Positions 54,554 through 63,393 of a stretch of 63,520 bases of DNA are shown piece by piece (position 1 is the stretch's first letter; each line of letters opens with the position of its first letter). The notes under the pieces were generated by a model. The model was given only the letters and a program-made list of their open reading frames with translations. It did no database searches and was not told where the DNA came from. This stretch comes from a virus: IMG/VR virus record IMGVR_UViG_3300030613_000001, positions 1 through 63,520 of that record. The stretch is one strand, 5' to 3'. The translations under genes were made by a program, and so were the position numbers.

Positions 54554-54577
54554 GTGGGAGCGGCTTCCAGCCGCGAT
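54554..54577 (+). repeat. REP-like element, copy 9 (intergenic)
   Basis: Consensus sequence between the stop of 54591..55055 and the SD of 53833..54525. Confidence 0.9.
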
Positions 54578-54590
54578 TACTTATGGGAGG

Positions 54591-55055
54591 CTATTCCCCC
54601 ACCAGCATCATCAGGAAGCTCGTCGCGGCCGGCGCGAATGCCGCCGGCAACTGCTTGAGCGCCCCGAAGATGTAATCGGTGTCGATGGCGGTGCCCATCA
54701 GGCGCACGGCGAGTTCTGCCCCGGCATAGTTTAGCGCCAGGGCCCCGCTCGTCGCATCGGCGGCCGTCGTGTGGCCCGTGGTGACGCCCTGGCCGAAAAT
54801 CATGATCTTGTGGTTGGTCACGTCGTATTTGTAGACGTAACCGTCCAAGGGCGGCATGACCACCCCGAACTCGATCGCCTTCACGAACCCGAACACCCCA
54901 ATCGCCGGCAGCGGGACCCCGCCCGTGGGGTAGGTCAGTGCCGCGTTTCCGAAGGCGACGGTTGCGATCTGGCAGCGCTTGTTCGTCCCTGCCCATATGT
55001 CCCGGTTGCGCGTCGAGACGCTCACCGTAACGTCTGTTGAAGCTAAAGCCGTCAT
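54591..55055 (-). CDS. Head-associated hypothetical protein (154 aa)
   Basis: AAAGGAGA SD; follows the capsid-proximal genes. Confidence 0.65.
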   Translation of the reverse strand: MTALASTDVTVSVSTRNRDIWAGTNKRCQIATVAFGNAALTYPTGGVPLPAIGVFGFVKAIEFGVVMPPLDGYVYKYDVTNHKIMIFGQGVTTGHTTAADATSGALALNYAGAELAVRLMGTAIDTDYIFGALKQLPAAFAPAATSFLMMLVGE

Positions 55056-55151
55056 GGCCTAATCTCCTTTCAGCTTGTGTTGTTCCCGGGGCAGCACCGT
55101 GCCGCCCCGGGTTTTTCACGTTAAACAGACAGCATCTGGTGACGCGGTATC

Positions 55152-55604
55152 TTACGCCGTCACCACGAGGTCGGTCTGGTTGGCCTTGGTCTCCTCGGCA
55201 GGCTTCACCAGCAACACCGGCTCGAAATGCCCGGCGGGCCCGGTAACCGGCTGGGTCGTGATCTGCACCACGATCTCGTCTCCGGCGTTCAGCTTGGTCC
55301 CCTTGGCCACCTCGTCGTAGAGCACCTTGCCCGCGGCGGTGGTTCCCATGGCGAAACTGGCGATATCGCCGTCGCCGCGGGACGTGTCGGATCCGGCGGT
55401 CGGCCGGCGGTCGAACTTGACCACTCCGGGGGTCGTGCCGGCGCAGGTCTCGGTGATGATCAGGGCTGCGAGAAACACCACGCAATTAAACGGCACCAGA
55501 ATACGGGCGACGTCGGCCGCGGCCTGGTCGAGATCGATACCGGCGGCGTCGTCGTAGTCGACGATTTTAGAGACCGGCAGGGGGATTATGTAATGCTCAA
55601 GCAT
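55152..55604 (-). CDS. Head-associated hypothetical protein (150 aa)
   Basis: GGGAAGGAGAAG SD; directly downstream of the major capsid gene. Confidence 0.65.
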   Translation of the reverse strand: MLEHYIIPLPVSKIVDYDDAAGIDLDQAAADVARILVPFNCVVFLAALIITETCAGTTPGVVKFDRRPTAGSDTSRGDGDIASFAMGTTAAGKVLYDEVAKGTKLNAGDEIVVQITTQPVTGPAGHFEPVLLVKPAEETKANQTDLVVTA

Positions 55605-55697
55605 CTTGCTTCTCCTTCCCTTTTGGGCGGCGAGCGTCTCACCCGCCGCCTTGTTTTTAAGTTTTCAGCCTCTATCCTGCGGCTGCGGTCCTGACGG

Positions 55698-56660
55698 TTA
55701 CGCGCTCGCCACGCGCACGATCTTGGCCTCGTAGTCGTCCGCGGAATCCCAGGTGGTCGCGTACGCAACAATCCCGTACCAGGCCACGGCTTTCTTCAGG
55801 CCGAAGTTGCCCTGGAAGTTCGGGTTGGCGCGCAGTTCGGGGGTTACCACCTCGGCGCGGGATACCGCTTCCTCGCCGAAGACCACCCCCTCGCCGAGGA
55901 CCGAACCGGTCCCGACGCCATCCGTCAGCGCGGAACTGTTCACGCACTCGACCAGGCGAATCGACTCGCACCTGCCGGGCTCGCTCCGGAAGATGAAGTC
56001 CCCCTTCCTGAGATACATGTTCCAGCTCTCGAACCGCCGGTCCTGCTTGACGCCCCGGAGGCCCTTCGTGGAGAAGATCCCCACGTAGTTGCTGCCGTCG
56101 TAGAAGGGCGCATGGATCGTGTTCGCCATGTAATCCCTGATGATCCCCAGGTGGTCCGCGTTGATGTTGACGAGCGCCGTTGCGGTAGGAACCCCGTCGG
56201 TCTCCACACTTCCGCCCGTGAGCGAGGTGGGAATGAAGATCACCTTCGCCTGCTTGAAGGCGGTGGCCGCGGCCTTGTCCATGGCACGCTCCATTTGCCG
56301 GGTGAGCTTCTTCTGGGCGGCGTTCGCCGGGTCGAATTTGGAGAGATCCTGCATCATGGACGTGTACTCGACGCCGCGGCCCCAGGGGACCACGGTGATC
56401 TGGCGCTTGTCCATCTGCAGCTTGTCGATGGGGATCCGGGAATCGTCGTCGTCGAGCTGGGCCGACGTCGGGTCCGCGAGGTCCTTGTAGTGCATGAGGG
56501 TCACGGTCTCGCCCATGCCCTTGCCGAAGTCCTGAACCTTGTCCGTGAACGGCACAAAGATCATCTTCTGGGCGCTCTGCTCCATCAGCTTTGAGCTGAT
56601 GTGGTGCGATTTGTAGACGCCGGAGTCGGCGTCGTAAGTCCAGGTGGTCGGGTTGCTCAT
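55698..56660 (-). CDS. Major capsid protein candidate (320 aa)
   Basis: CAAGGAGGA SD; size, composition and position (portal - scaffold - this gene) fit an HK97-fold capsid protein. Confidence 0.7.
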   Translation of the reverse strand: MSNPTTWTYDADSGVYKSHHISSKLMEQSAQKMIFVPFTDKVQDFGKGMGETVTLMHYKDLADPTSAQLDDDDSRIPIDKLQMDKRQITVVPWGRGVEYTSMMQDLSKFDPANAAQKKLTRQMERAMDKAAATAFKQAKVIFIPTSLTGGSVETDGVPTATALVNINADHLGIIRDYMANTIHAPFYDGSNYVGIFSTKGLRGVKQDRRFESWNMYLRKGDFIFRSEPGRCESIRLVECVNSSALTDGVGTGSVLGEGVVFGEEAVSRAEVVTPELRANPNFQGNFGLKKAVAWYGIVAYATTWDSADDYEAKIVRVASA

Positions 56661-56733
56661 TGCTCGTATCCTCCTTGCGAGATCCTGTTGCCGGCGCCGC
56701 GGTCACTTTTATGGCAGTGCCGGCACCGGTAGC

Positions 56734-57831
56734 TCACAGGCGGCGGGCCTCGTTCGCCTTGGCGATCGCGCTGTCCAGGCTGGCCTGTCCTTCGGCGGGT
56801 GCTGCGGCTCCTCCCGGCCCTCCCGGGCCGTGGCCGCCTCCGCCCAGGGGCAGCTCGGATCTCTGGCGCGCCGTGGCCGTGATAGCCGCTATGCGCTCGT
56901 TGTACTTATTGATGGCCCAATCGATCTGCTGATCGATTGTGAGCTTCTGGCCTTTATCGTCGACGGCGGGCGTGCTGCGCGAAATCCCCCACCACAGCTC
57001 GTCGGTGTCGGGCGCGATCCCGGCCGCCCGCGCCTTGCCGTCGATGTAGTTTATGACGGCGGTTTTTCGCTTTTCGGCCTCTGCCTGATCCGGCGCAGGT
57101 CCGGGGGCTGCCGGCTTGGCAGGTGCCGCGGGGGCTGCCGGTATTACGGGGGCGGCGGCGGGAGCCGCCGCGGGGGCTGCCGGCTCCACCACACCGATCG
57201 GCTTGCCGTCCTTCCCCACCGGGTTGCGGGTAAATTTCACCACGGCGACATCGACCTTGCCCCAGATCGCGGCCACCTTGGCGTTGTGCTCCGGGTCGTC
57301 CGGGTCGAGGGCGCTTATTTCCTTCAACGCCGCCTCCCGGCGCTCGGTCGCGAAGACCTCGAGGGCCGCATCCACCACTTCCTGGCGGGCGGCGGCACTC
57401 GTCGCCTCGCCCGCCTTGCGCTCGCGCGCCTCGGCGTCTGCAAGCTTCGCATTCGCCGCCTCGACCGCGGCCTTCGCGGCGGCCGCCTCGGCCGTAGCGG
57501 CCTCGGCGACCCTGCGAGCATCGGCTGCCGCCTGCTCGGCCCGGGTGGTCTTGCCCTGCAGCTCGCTATAGCCGCGCTCGGCCTCGTCGTGGCTTTTGAA
57601 CCTCTTGGGAGGAGGTTCGGCCGGCGCTGCCGGCTTTCCCGTGGGTGCTGCCCCAGGAGCGGGTGTTTCCGTGGCTTCGCCCGGGTGGTCCCCTTCCGGG
57701 GGGGCCGGGGTGGCCTGTTCCGGTGACGGTGCGCCAGGGCTTCCGACGACATCGGCCGGACCGAGCTTGAAAATGTCCAGTCCTCCAACGGTCGTCTCGA
57801 GCGTGGTCTGGCTTTCGGGCTTGTCTGCCAT
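56734..57831 (-). CDS. Scaffolding protein candidate (365 aa)
   Basis: ATG 57831 after CAGGAGAAG (the track start is a TTG). Ala/Pro/Glu-rich with a long coiled coil (AEQAAADARRVAEAATAEAAAAKAAVEAANAKLADAEARERKAGE), between the portal and capsid genes. Confidence 0.65.
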   Translation of the reverse strand: MADKPESQTTLETTVGGLDIFKLGPADVVGSPGAPSPEQATPAPPEGDHPGEATETPAPGAAPTGKPAAPAEPPPKRFKSHDEAERGYSELQGKTTRAEQAAADARRVAEAATAEAAAAKAAVEAANAKLADAEARERKAGEATSAAARQEVVDAALEVFATERREAALKEISALDPDDPEHNAKVAAIWGKVDVAVVKFTRNPVGKDGKPIGVVEPAAPAAAPAAAPVIPAAPAAPAKPAAPGPAPDQAEAEKRKTAVINYIDGKARAAGIAPDTDELWWGISRSTPAVDDKGQKLTIDQQIDWAINKYNERIAAITATARQRSELPLGGGGHGPGGPGGAAAPAEGQASLDSAIAKANEARRL

Positions 57832-57892
57832 GCTGCTTCTCCTGACTTTCTCCGGCGTGGTCTCCGTCAAAGCGGAGGGCCGGGGCTAATGG

Positions 57893-58225
57893 TTAGGGCC
57901 TGTAATTCGGCCGTCGTAGCGTGCGCCCAACGTAGCGCTTGGCGGCTTCCTGGGCCGTCAGCGCCGGCGCGTTTATGGCCCGCAGGATCTCGACGCAGAC
58001 CTGCGCGCGCGGGTTCTTCTTCAAAAAGTCTCCAATCAGCCCTTCGAGCACTCGGGTTACAAGGGCCGCCACCTTGGCTGCCGCCTCTGTTTCCGACAAA
58101 CCGGCCATGCGCATCTTGCCTACCAGCTCGTCGGCCTCGGCTTTTTGCCTGTTACCCAACTCCCGAGCCAGCTCGATCGGAGCTCCGGTCTGGATGTCTA
58201 CCGCGGCCCCGCCCTCGATCGTCAT
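57893..58225 (-). CDS. Hypothetical protein (110 aa)
   Basis: ATGA-coupled to the portal stop. Confidence 0.6.
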   Translation of the reverse strand: MTIEGGAAVDIQTGAPIELARELGNRQKAEADELVGKMRMAGLSETEAAAKVAALVTRVLEGLIGDFLKKNPRAQVCVEILRAINAPALTAQEAAKRYVGRTLRRPNYRP

Positions 58226-60183
58226 TTTCCACCTGCCTTTTTAGCGGGGAGCGGTTTCTTCTTGGACGGCGGTCCTCCGGCCTCTGGATTCCCGGCGCCT
58301 TTCAGCACCCCCAGCCGGTCCAGCAGGTCCAGCATCTGCTGCGTCTGGCCCGTCTCGGCCTGCTCCTTCTGCCAGCTCGACATCTCGGCATCGGCGGCCT
58401 GCTGGGCCTGCTTGACCTTGATGGCCGTCTCCTCGTCCACGATGATCCCTTCGTCGGCAAGATTCGTCCTGCGCTCGATCGCCTTGATCGCCTTGTAGGG
58501 GTCGATGTATGCCGCGTAGCGCGGCCTCTCCGAAAGCGGGATGATGTACTGCACCAAATGCTTGAGCGTTTCGGCGTCCTTCATGAGCGCCGAAACCCCG
58601 GACACGTGGAACCGCCCCGAAAGCTTCGGCAGCCCGCTCACTCCCGCGGGGGCGCCCGGATCCGGCCTGACGCCCGTAACGGCCAGCGGTTCGGCGCCGA
58701 ACATATTCTCGTAGTCCGCGTATCCGGCGAAGGTCTGCGTAACGTCCTGGGCGGCGGCGAGCGCCGCGACCGCACCTGCCTCGACGTTGTGACCGATCAG
58801 CTCGAAAACGGACATCCCTTGCCCAAGGTTCTGCTCGCTCTCGCGCCAGGTGATGTCCTTGCGGTATCCGGGCAGGCCCTGCACGGCGTCGGTCACGAAC
58901 GCCCCCCGCTGAAAGAGCTGGTCGTGATACTGCTGGTTGGCGAGAATCGATCCTGTCATGTCGCGCCGGGATACCTCGCGCACCGCCTGCTGCCCCTGCA
59001 GGCTCTCTTTGACCAGGTAGTTTTTGCCGGGCCAGGCGTCCACGTCGCGCGCGTCCACCAGTTGGTCGACGCAGATCTCCTTGGTGGGGTTCACCAGCCA
59101 AAGCAGCGCGTCCTCGAACAGGCACTGCAGGCTGCACATGGTCTCCCACACGGAGATGATGCCCTTGAGCAGGCCCCGCCCGCCGAAGGCGAGCGGATTC
59201 TCGAATGGCGAAAACGCGATTCCCGGCCAGCGCAGCTTGCGGTAGGGGACGGCCTTGGGTATCTCGATCACCCGCCCGCCGCAAACCGTGTACTGACCGC
59301 GGGGCAGGATCACCTCGCCCTTTTTATCGAGGATGGTCCCGTAGACCTCGGAGACGTGATGCAGCGTGCGGAAAGTGCCGCGCTGGTATGTCTGCTTCTT
59401 GCGCGCCTCGATCGCCTCCTTGCTCATGAATGGATCGGCGGTTGAATTCGCGCCGTCCAGGTTGCGTACGCGCTCGATGTCGAAGTATTTCCGGTTCTGC
59501 GCGGCGGCCTTCAGCACGTGCCAGTCGAGCCATTCCTGGTGGATCCAGTAAAGCCCGCCCTGAGGGTCCCCCGCCGGCGCGTCCGGGTCGCGCAGGATCT
59601 TCCAGGGTTCCACCAGCGAATACTGCAGGCCCTGCCCCGGGATCCAGCGCGGTATGATCTCCATGGAAACCCCCACGGCGAGCGCCATCAGCACCGCCTG
59701 GGTGAAGCAATGCACGAATTTTCCATGCTGGTCGTTGTTCTGGATGTCGAGCACGGTCTTCCAGAACACCTTGGCCGTCTCGGCGGAATCGTCCTCGATC
59801 GAAAGAAAGTCCGGCGAGAAAGCCTTCTTGATCACCGCTGCCCCGAAGTTCACGGTTGAAAATGGTTTCGGCACGATCACGCGCGACTGCCAGGATTCCT
59901 TGTTGCCGTAGCCGAGCGGCTCTTCCTCGTTGTAGGTCCGCCAGCAATGGTCCTGCACGCGGCGGACCTCTTCGAGCGATGTAACCGACGTGCGGACGCA
60001 GTCGGCCGCGAAATCGACGAAGAGCTGCTCGTTTTCGACGGTAAGGGCCGCCGCCGCCTCGTTGCGCTCGGCGGTCTCCTGGGAGTCCATGGCGGGTTTC
60101 GCGTTCGCGGCGCGCTCGATCTCGCTCCGCCGCGCAATCACTTCGTCCATCGGATCCCGCTGTGCCTCAACCACCACCGGCAT
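58222..60183 (-). CDS. Portal protein candidate (653 aa)
   Basis: Large ORF following the terminase genes; size and position typical of a portal. Confidence 0.7.
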   Translation of the reverse strand: MPVVVEAQRDPMDEVIARRSEIERAANAKPAMDSQETAERNEAAAALTVENEQLFVDFAADCVRTSVTSLEEVRRVQDHCWRTYNEEEPLGYGNKESWQSRVIVPKPFSTVNFGAAVIKKAFSPDFLSIEDDSAETAKVFWKTVLDIQNNDQHGKFVHCFTQAVLMALAVGVSMEIIPRWIPGQGLQYSLVEPWKILRDPDAPAGDPQGGLYWIHQEWLDWHVLKAAAQNRKYFDIERVRNLDGANSTADPFMSKEAIEARKKQTYQRGTFRTLHHVSEVYGTILDKKGEVILPRGQYTVCGGRVIEIPKAVPYRKLRWPGIAFSPFENPLAFGGRGLLKGIISVWETMCSLQCLFEDALLWLVNPTKEICVDQLVDARDVDAWPGKNYLVKESLQGQQAVREVSRRDMTGSILANQQYHDQLFQRGAFVTDAVQGLPGYRKDITWRESEQNLGQGMSVFELIGHNVEAGAVAALAAAQDVTQTFAGYADYENMFGAEPLAVTGVRPDPGAPAGVSGLPKLSGRFHVSGVSALMKDAETLKHLVQYIIPLSERPRYAAYIDPYKAIKAIERRTNLADEGIIVDEETAIKVKQAQQAADAEMSSWQKEQAETGQTQQMLDLLDRLGVLKGAGNPEAGGPPSKKKPLPAKKAGGK

Positions 60184-60197
60184 TTTTTCGCCTTTCG

Positions 60198-60464
60198 CTA
60201 AATCCCCGCGCCGGGGCTATTCGGAAATGTCCGGTCGAAATTCGGGCCGTACCCGCGATCCCGGTTCCCGGGCTTCCAGTCCGTCGCGTGGCTCCTGCAA
60301 TTCGGCCCGCAGCGGTGGACATCCGGCTCGCCGTTGAACCCATCCGAATGCCGCGTGACGCCGCCGCAGTCCGTGCATTTGAACACCTCGGTCCCCGGGC
60401 GGCCCTTGCCGCAAAACTCCTTCATCTCCCAGTACCGGCCGAATCTGCCTTGATTCCGTCTCAT
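60198..60464 (-). CDS. Cys-rich small protein (88 aa)
   Basis: ATG 60464 is ATGA-coupled to the TerL stop; FKCTDCGG...HRCGPNC. Confidence 0.55.
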   Translation of the reverse strand: MRRNQGRFGRYWEMKEFCGKGRPGTEVFKCTDCGGVTRHSDGFNGEPDVHRCGPNCRSHATDWKPGNRDRGYGPNFDRTFPNSPGAGI

Positions 60465-61933
60465 CGTCCCATCCCGCCCCGGGCCATCCCGTCCATCGGT
60501 GGTTGCGCCACCCCTGGAAACGGCCGGGTAGAATAGCTCATCGCCCGCCGCAGCGGGTTGTAGTTGATCGCCCGCAGCTGCTTCACCGGCAGCAGCGCCC
60601 GGCTCGGCATCATCACCGCAACCCCGTAGGCGAGCGCGTTTCCGAGATCTCCGTGCTTTTCGCGCTGCACCGGCAAATTCCCGATCCGGCGGCCGTTGTT
60701 GTCGCACTTCCAATGCCACGCGCCGTTGAGCGCCCGGTGCAGGTCATAAGCCGTTGACGAAATCTGGATCAGGGGCGCCCCGTCCGAGGCACAAGTGCTG
60801 GTCAGCGCCTGGCGCAGCGGGTCGATGCGGTAGGTCCAACGGGTGGGCCCGGACTCGAAGCGCGTCTTCAAAATCCGCTCAACCCGCTTCGCGGCCGATT
60901 CCCCCGTCGTGCTCTGGTCCGGGGTCCGCATGGATGGGTCTCCGATGTCGCGCCAATCGGCTATCTTCCCCTTGAACTTGGGGCTCGCGAGAATCGGCAC
61001 CGCCCGCTGTTCGAGCAGTTCCTTGATTCCGAGGCCATCCCCCCATAAAGCGGCGTGGATCCAGATTTTACCGGGTGGGATGTACTGTGCGATGATGCAC
61101 ACGGAATGGTGATAGCCGTCGTAGAACCGCAGCCCGAGCGCATTGGGAATTATCGGCAGTTCGCGGCCGGCGTAGTGGATCTTGGCGTTGTAGAAGGGAG
61201 TTACCCGCTCGCCCTTCTGAACGGGGGCGGGGATTCCATCGACGTAGCGGGCGTATTTTCCGGGATCGTTCCTGAAGGCCGCCTTGTTCGCCAGTCGCGC
61301 TTTTAAGTTAAGATATGTGTTCTCACCGTAGGCGATTCTGAACACTTCTTTGATGATCTGCAGCCCCGTCTCCGGGTCTTCCTCCCAAATGCGGGGGCCG
61401 TTGGCCACCTCTTCGGTCCAGTGGTCTTCGTCGGCGGGGTTTTGGGTGACCTGCACCCGCATGGTCGTTCCCGTCTGGCGCGCCGCGCGTGCGATCGACA
61501 TATCAAACACACTGCGCGGCAGACCGGCGTTCGCCTTCTCGATGATCGGGGCCGGCTCTTCCAGCCAAATCAGCGCATACTGGGGGCCTTGCAGCTTGGA
61601 TAGGCTTGCTTCATCGTCTATTCCGAACAGGTCGGCGGTGACGGTCGGCGTTGAGTGGATCACCATTTTTTTGTCGTCGTCGTGGAAATTGACCCAATAG
61701 CCGAGAATTTCCTTGATGCTGGGTACGGTGGATGTCTTAATGTTCTGGTGGGTGTCGCGCACGAGGGCTATCTGGATATCTTTGCCGCAGCGATGGGCAT
61801 GGCGGATGGCCCCCGCCACGCCCGCATGTGTCTTGCCCTCGCCCATGGGCCCCATGAGCATGACGATGTCCGCATTCGAGTGTACGAACGCGCTCTGCGT
61901 GGCCGAAAGGTCGAATTTCAGGTCAACGGGCAT
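60461..61933 (-). CDS. terL: Terminase large subunit (490 aa)
   Basis: Walker A MLMGPMGEGKTH, Walker B ALIWLEEP, ATPase-nuclease two-domain size, upstream of the portal. Confidence 0.85.
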   Translation of the reverse strand: MPVDLKFDLSATQSAFVHSNADIVMLMGPMGEGKTHAGVAGAIRHAHRCGKDIQIALVRDTHQNIKTSTVPSIKEILGYWVNFHDDDKKMVIHSTPTVTADLFGIDDEASLSKLQGPQYALIWLEEPAPIIEKANAGLPRSVFDMSIARAARQTGTTMRVQVTQNPADEDHWTEEVANGPRIWEEDPETGLQIIKEVFRIAYGENTYLNLKARLANKAAFRNDPGKYARYVDGIPAPVQKGERVTPFYNAKIHYAGRELPIIPNALGLRFYDGYHHSVCIIAQYIPPGKIWIHAALWGDGLGIKELLEQRAVPILASPKFKGKIADWRDIGDPSMRTPDQSTTGESAAKRVERILKTRFESGPTRWTYRIDPLRQALTSTCASDGAPLIQISSTAYDLHRALNGAWHWKCDNNGRRIGNLPVQREKHGDLGNALAYGVAVMMPSRALLPVKQLRAINYNPLRRAMSYSTRPFPGVAQPPMDGMARGGMGR

Positions 61934-62666
61934 TGGGCGGCGCCTCCGGTTTTGTCCCGGGAGGTTTATCGAACCTCACCACCATGCACTTGCGGCCTCT
62001 TTCGGCTGCCGGCTTCTGGGCGTCTTCCGGGTCATACTCGCCCGAGCGGTCAACGATCAGGATCCGGCCGCGGCCCTCGTCCTTGAGAAGCCCTGCCTTG
62101 GAGAGCTTGAGCTCGATGATCTTGATCACCGTGGCGGCGGCCCGTAGCCGCTTGTCCTGCAGACGATCGTCCTTGAGGATGTACCCGAGGCACTTATTGA
62201 TGATCGCTTTGATCGCCGCCGCCCGTTTTTCGAGATTTGATTCACCGGCGGCTGCGGCGATCTGCGCCGACCACTCATCGAGCTCGAAGGCGATCGTCGC
62301 CTTGATACCCGCCAGACGGTCCGCGAGTTCCAGCGGTTCCTCGCGCGTCCACTTAAGCCCCAGTCCCTCAAGCTCCTCGAGGGCCTTCAAGTCGTCCGGG
62401 ATCACCTTGTCGACGTGCTCGGTGATGATCTTCTCGGCGCGCGATGCTGCTACCCGTCCAGCTTTTTTGAGATACCGGTTGACCGCCGCGTCCGAAATAC
62501 TGACACCATCGGCCCGCAGCTTGCGGCCGATCTCGCGGCCCACCGTGATCCCTTCATCGGTCATGATGCGGGTTACGCGTTCGGCCAGCCCGAGCTTTTC
62601 GACTTTTGAGATCTGGTTTCCCACGCGAAAATCATAACATCGGTTTTTGAAGCGAAGACGGGTCAA
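61923..62666 (-). CDS. terS: Terminase small subunit candidate (start uncertain)
   Basis: HTH-like N-terminus (GREIGRKLRADGVSISDAAVNRYLKK), overlaps the terL start. The track start 62666 is a TTG; alternatives are GTG 62624 and ATG 62564. Confidence 0.6.
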   Translation of the reverse strand: MTRLRFKNRCYDFRVGNQISKVEKLGLAERVTRIMTDEGITVGREIGRKLRADGVSISDAAVNRYLKKAGRVAASRAEKIITEHVDKVIPDDLKALEELEGLGLKWTREEPLELADRLAGIKATIAFELDEWSAQIAAAAGESNLEKRAAAIKAIINKCLGYILKDDRLQDKRLRAAATVIKIIELKLSKAGLLKDEGRGRILIVDRSGEYDPEDAQKPAAERGRKCMVVRFDKPPGTKPEAPPNAR

Positions 62667-62728
62667 AAGAGGGGTGTACGCGGTTGCACTCGTTTTCCAT
62701 GCAAAAGGGGGGTTAAGGAGGGTTTATT

Positions 62729-62911
62729 ATGCATTTTATGCATTTAAAGTTCTTGACAAGGTTTTTTGGATATGCTTTTCAGCACCCGTTTTCTCAGGCA
62801 AGCGTCTACCCGCCGCCCGTTCATCCGGCCCAGGCAACCCGCCGCCCGCCATGTCAGTGTATCGGACACGAATGGGTTGAAAGTTGTAAAAATCCCACGG
62901 GTGAAGTTTAA
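62729..62911 (+). CDS. Possible small protein (60 aa), divergent from the packaging genes
   Basis: AAGGAGG (62715..62721) 7 nt before ATG 62729, and a hairpin plus T5 right after the stop; composition is not very protein-like. Confidence 0.4.
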   Translation: MHFMHLKFLTRFFGYAFQHPFSQASVYPPPVHPAQATRRPPCQCIGHEWVESCKNPTGEV

Positions 62912-62915
62912 CCAG

Positions 62916-62945
62916 GGGGGAGGGAGTCCCAGTCCCCCGGTTTTT
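62916..62945 (+). terminator. Intrinsic-terminator-like hairpin
   Basis: GGGGGA (62916..62921) pairs with TCCCCC (62933..62938), followed by GGTTTTT. Confidence 0.45.
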
Positions 62946-63393
62946 CCAATCGGCATCGGCATCCAGGTGGTCCCCGATCCTTCCCCATGCCGTCCTCATC
63001 GATCGAGGTGGCAGCCACCCGCCCAGGCCGCGGCCGACCTTTTTTGACCAGACAGCGGCCGAGCTCGCCACCTGGCCACCTGGCCCGACCAACCCCGAAC
63101 CGCCCGATCTCCGGGTTTGCCATTCCTGGATCCGGCAGCTCGGAGGCATGGCCACCCGAGAAACCACAATCTTTGCCGCCGCCGATTGCCAACTTCCTGC
63201 ATAAGTTAGCAAAGCAGCTTTTGAACTATCTACAATACTTTCGATGCGTTATCGTCAATTCCGGTCGATCCGACCCAAAAAACAAAAACCAGTTCGACAA
63301 GTATTAATGGATTAATGCTAAAAAGAAGCTATTCACCAAATCGATCAGCCGGCCACCAAGATCGGCATCGGCGGCAGCGATCCGGTCGAGTCA

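Noticed and set aside
8050-54577. The repeated 24-nt palindrome interpreted as a CRISPR array
   Set aside because: Copies are 30 nt to about 12 kb apart, not regularly spaced. Most lie inside ORFs and there are no cas genes. A solitary-repeat decoy role is kept only as an alternative hypothesis in the findings.
62753-62776. TTGACA ... TATGCT as a sigma-70 promoter
   Set aside because: The spacer is only 12 nt, and the motif lies inside the small ORF 62729..62911. I could not place any convincing -35/-10 pair by eye in the non-coding regions, so no individual promoter is annotated.
62736-63212. A 158-aa minus-strand ORF in the region between terS and the window end
   Set aside because: The sequence is Gly/Arg/Pro/Trp-rich and not protein-like, with no SD. 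It overlaps the better-supported small + strand ORF and its terminator. I treat the region as non-coding.
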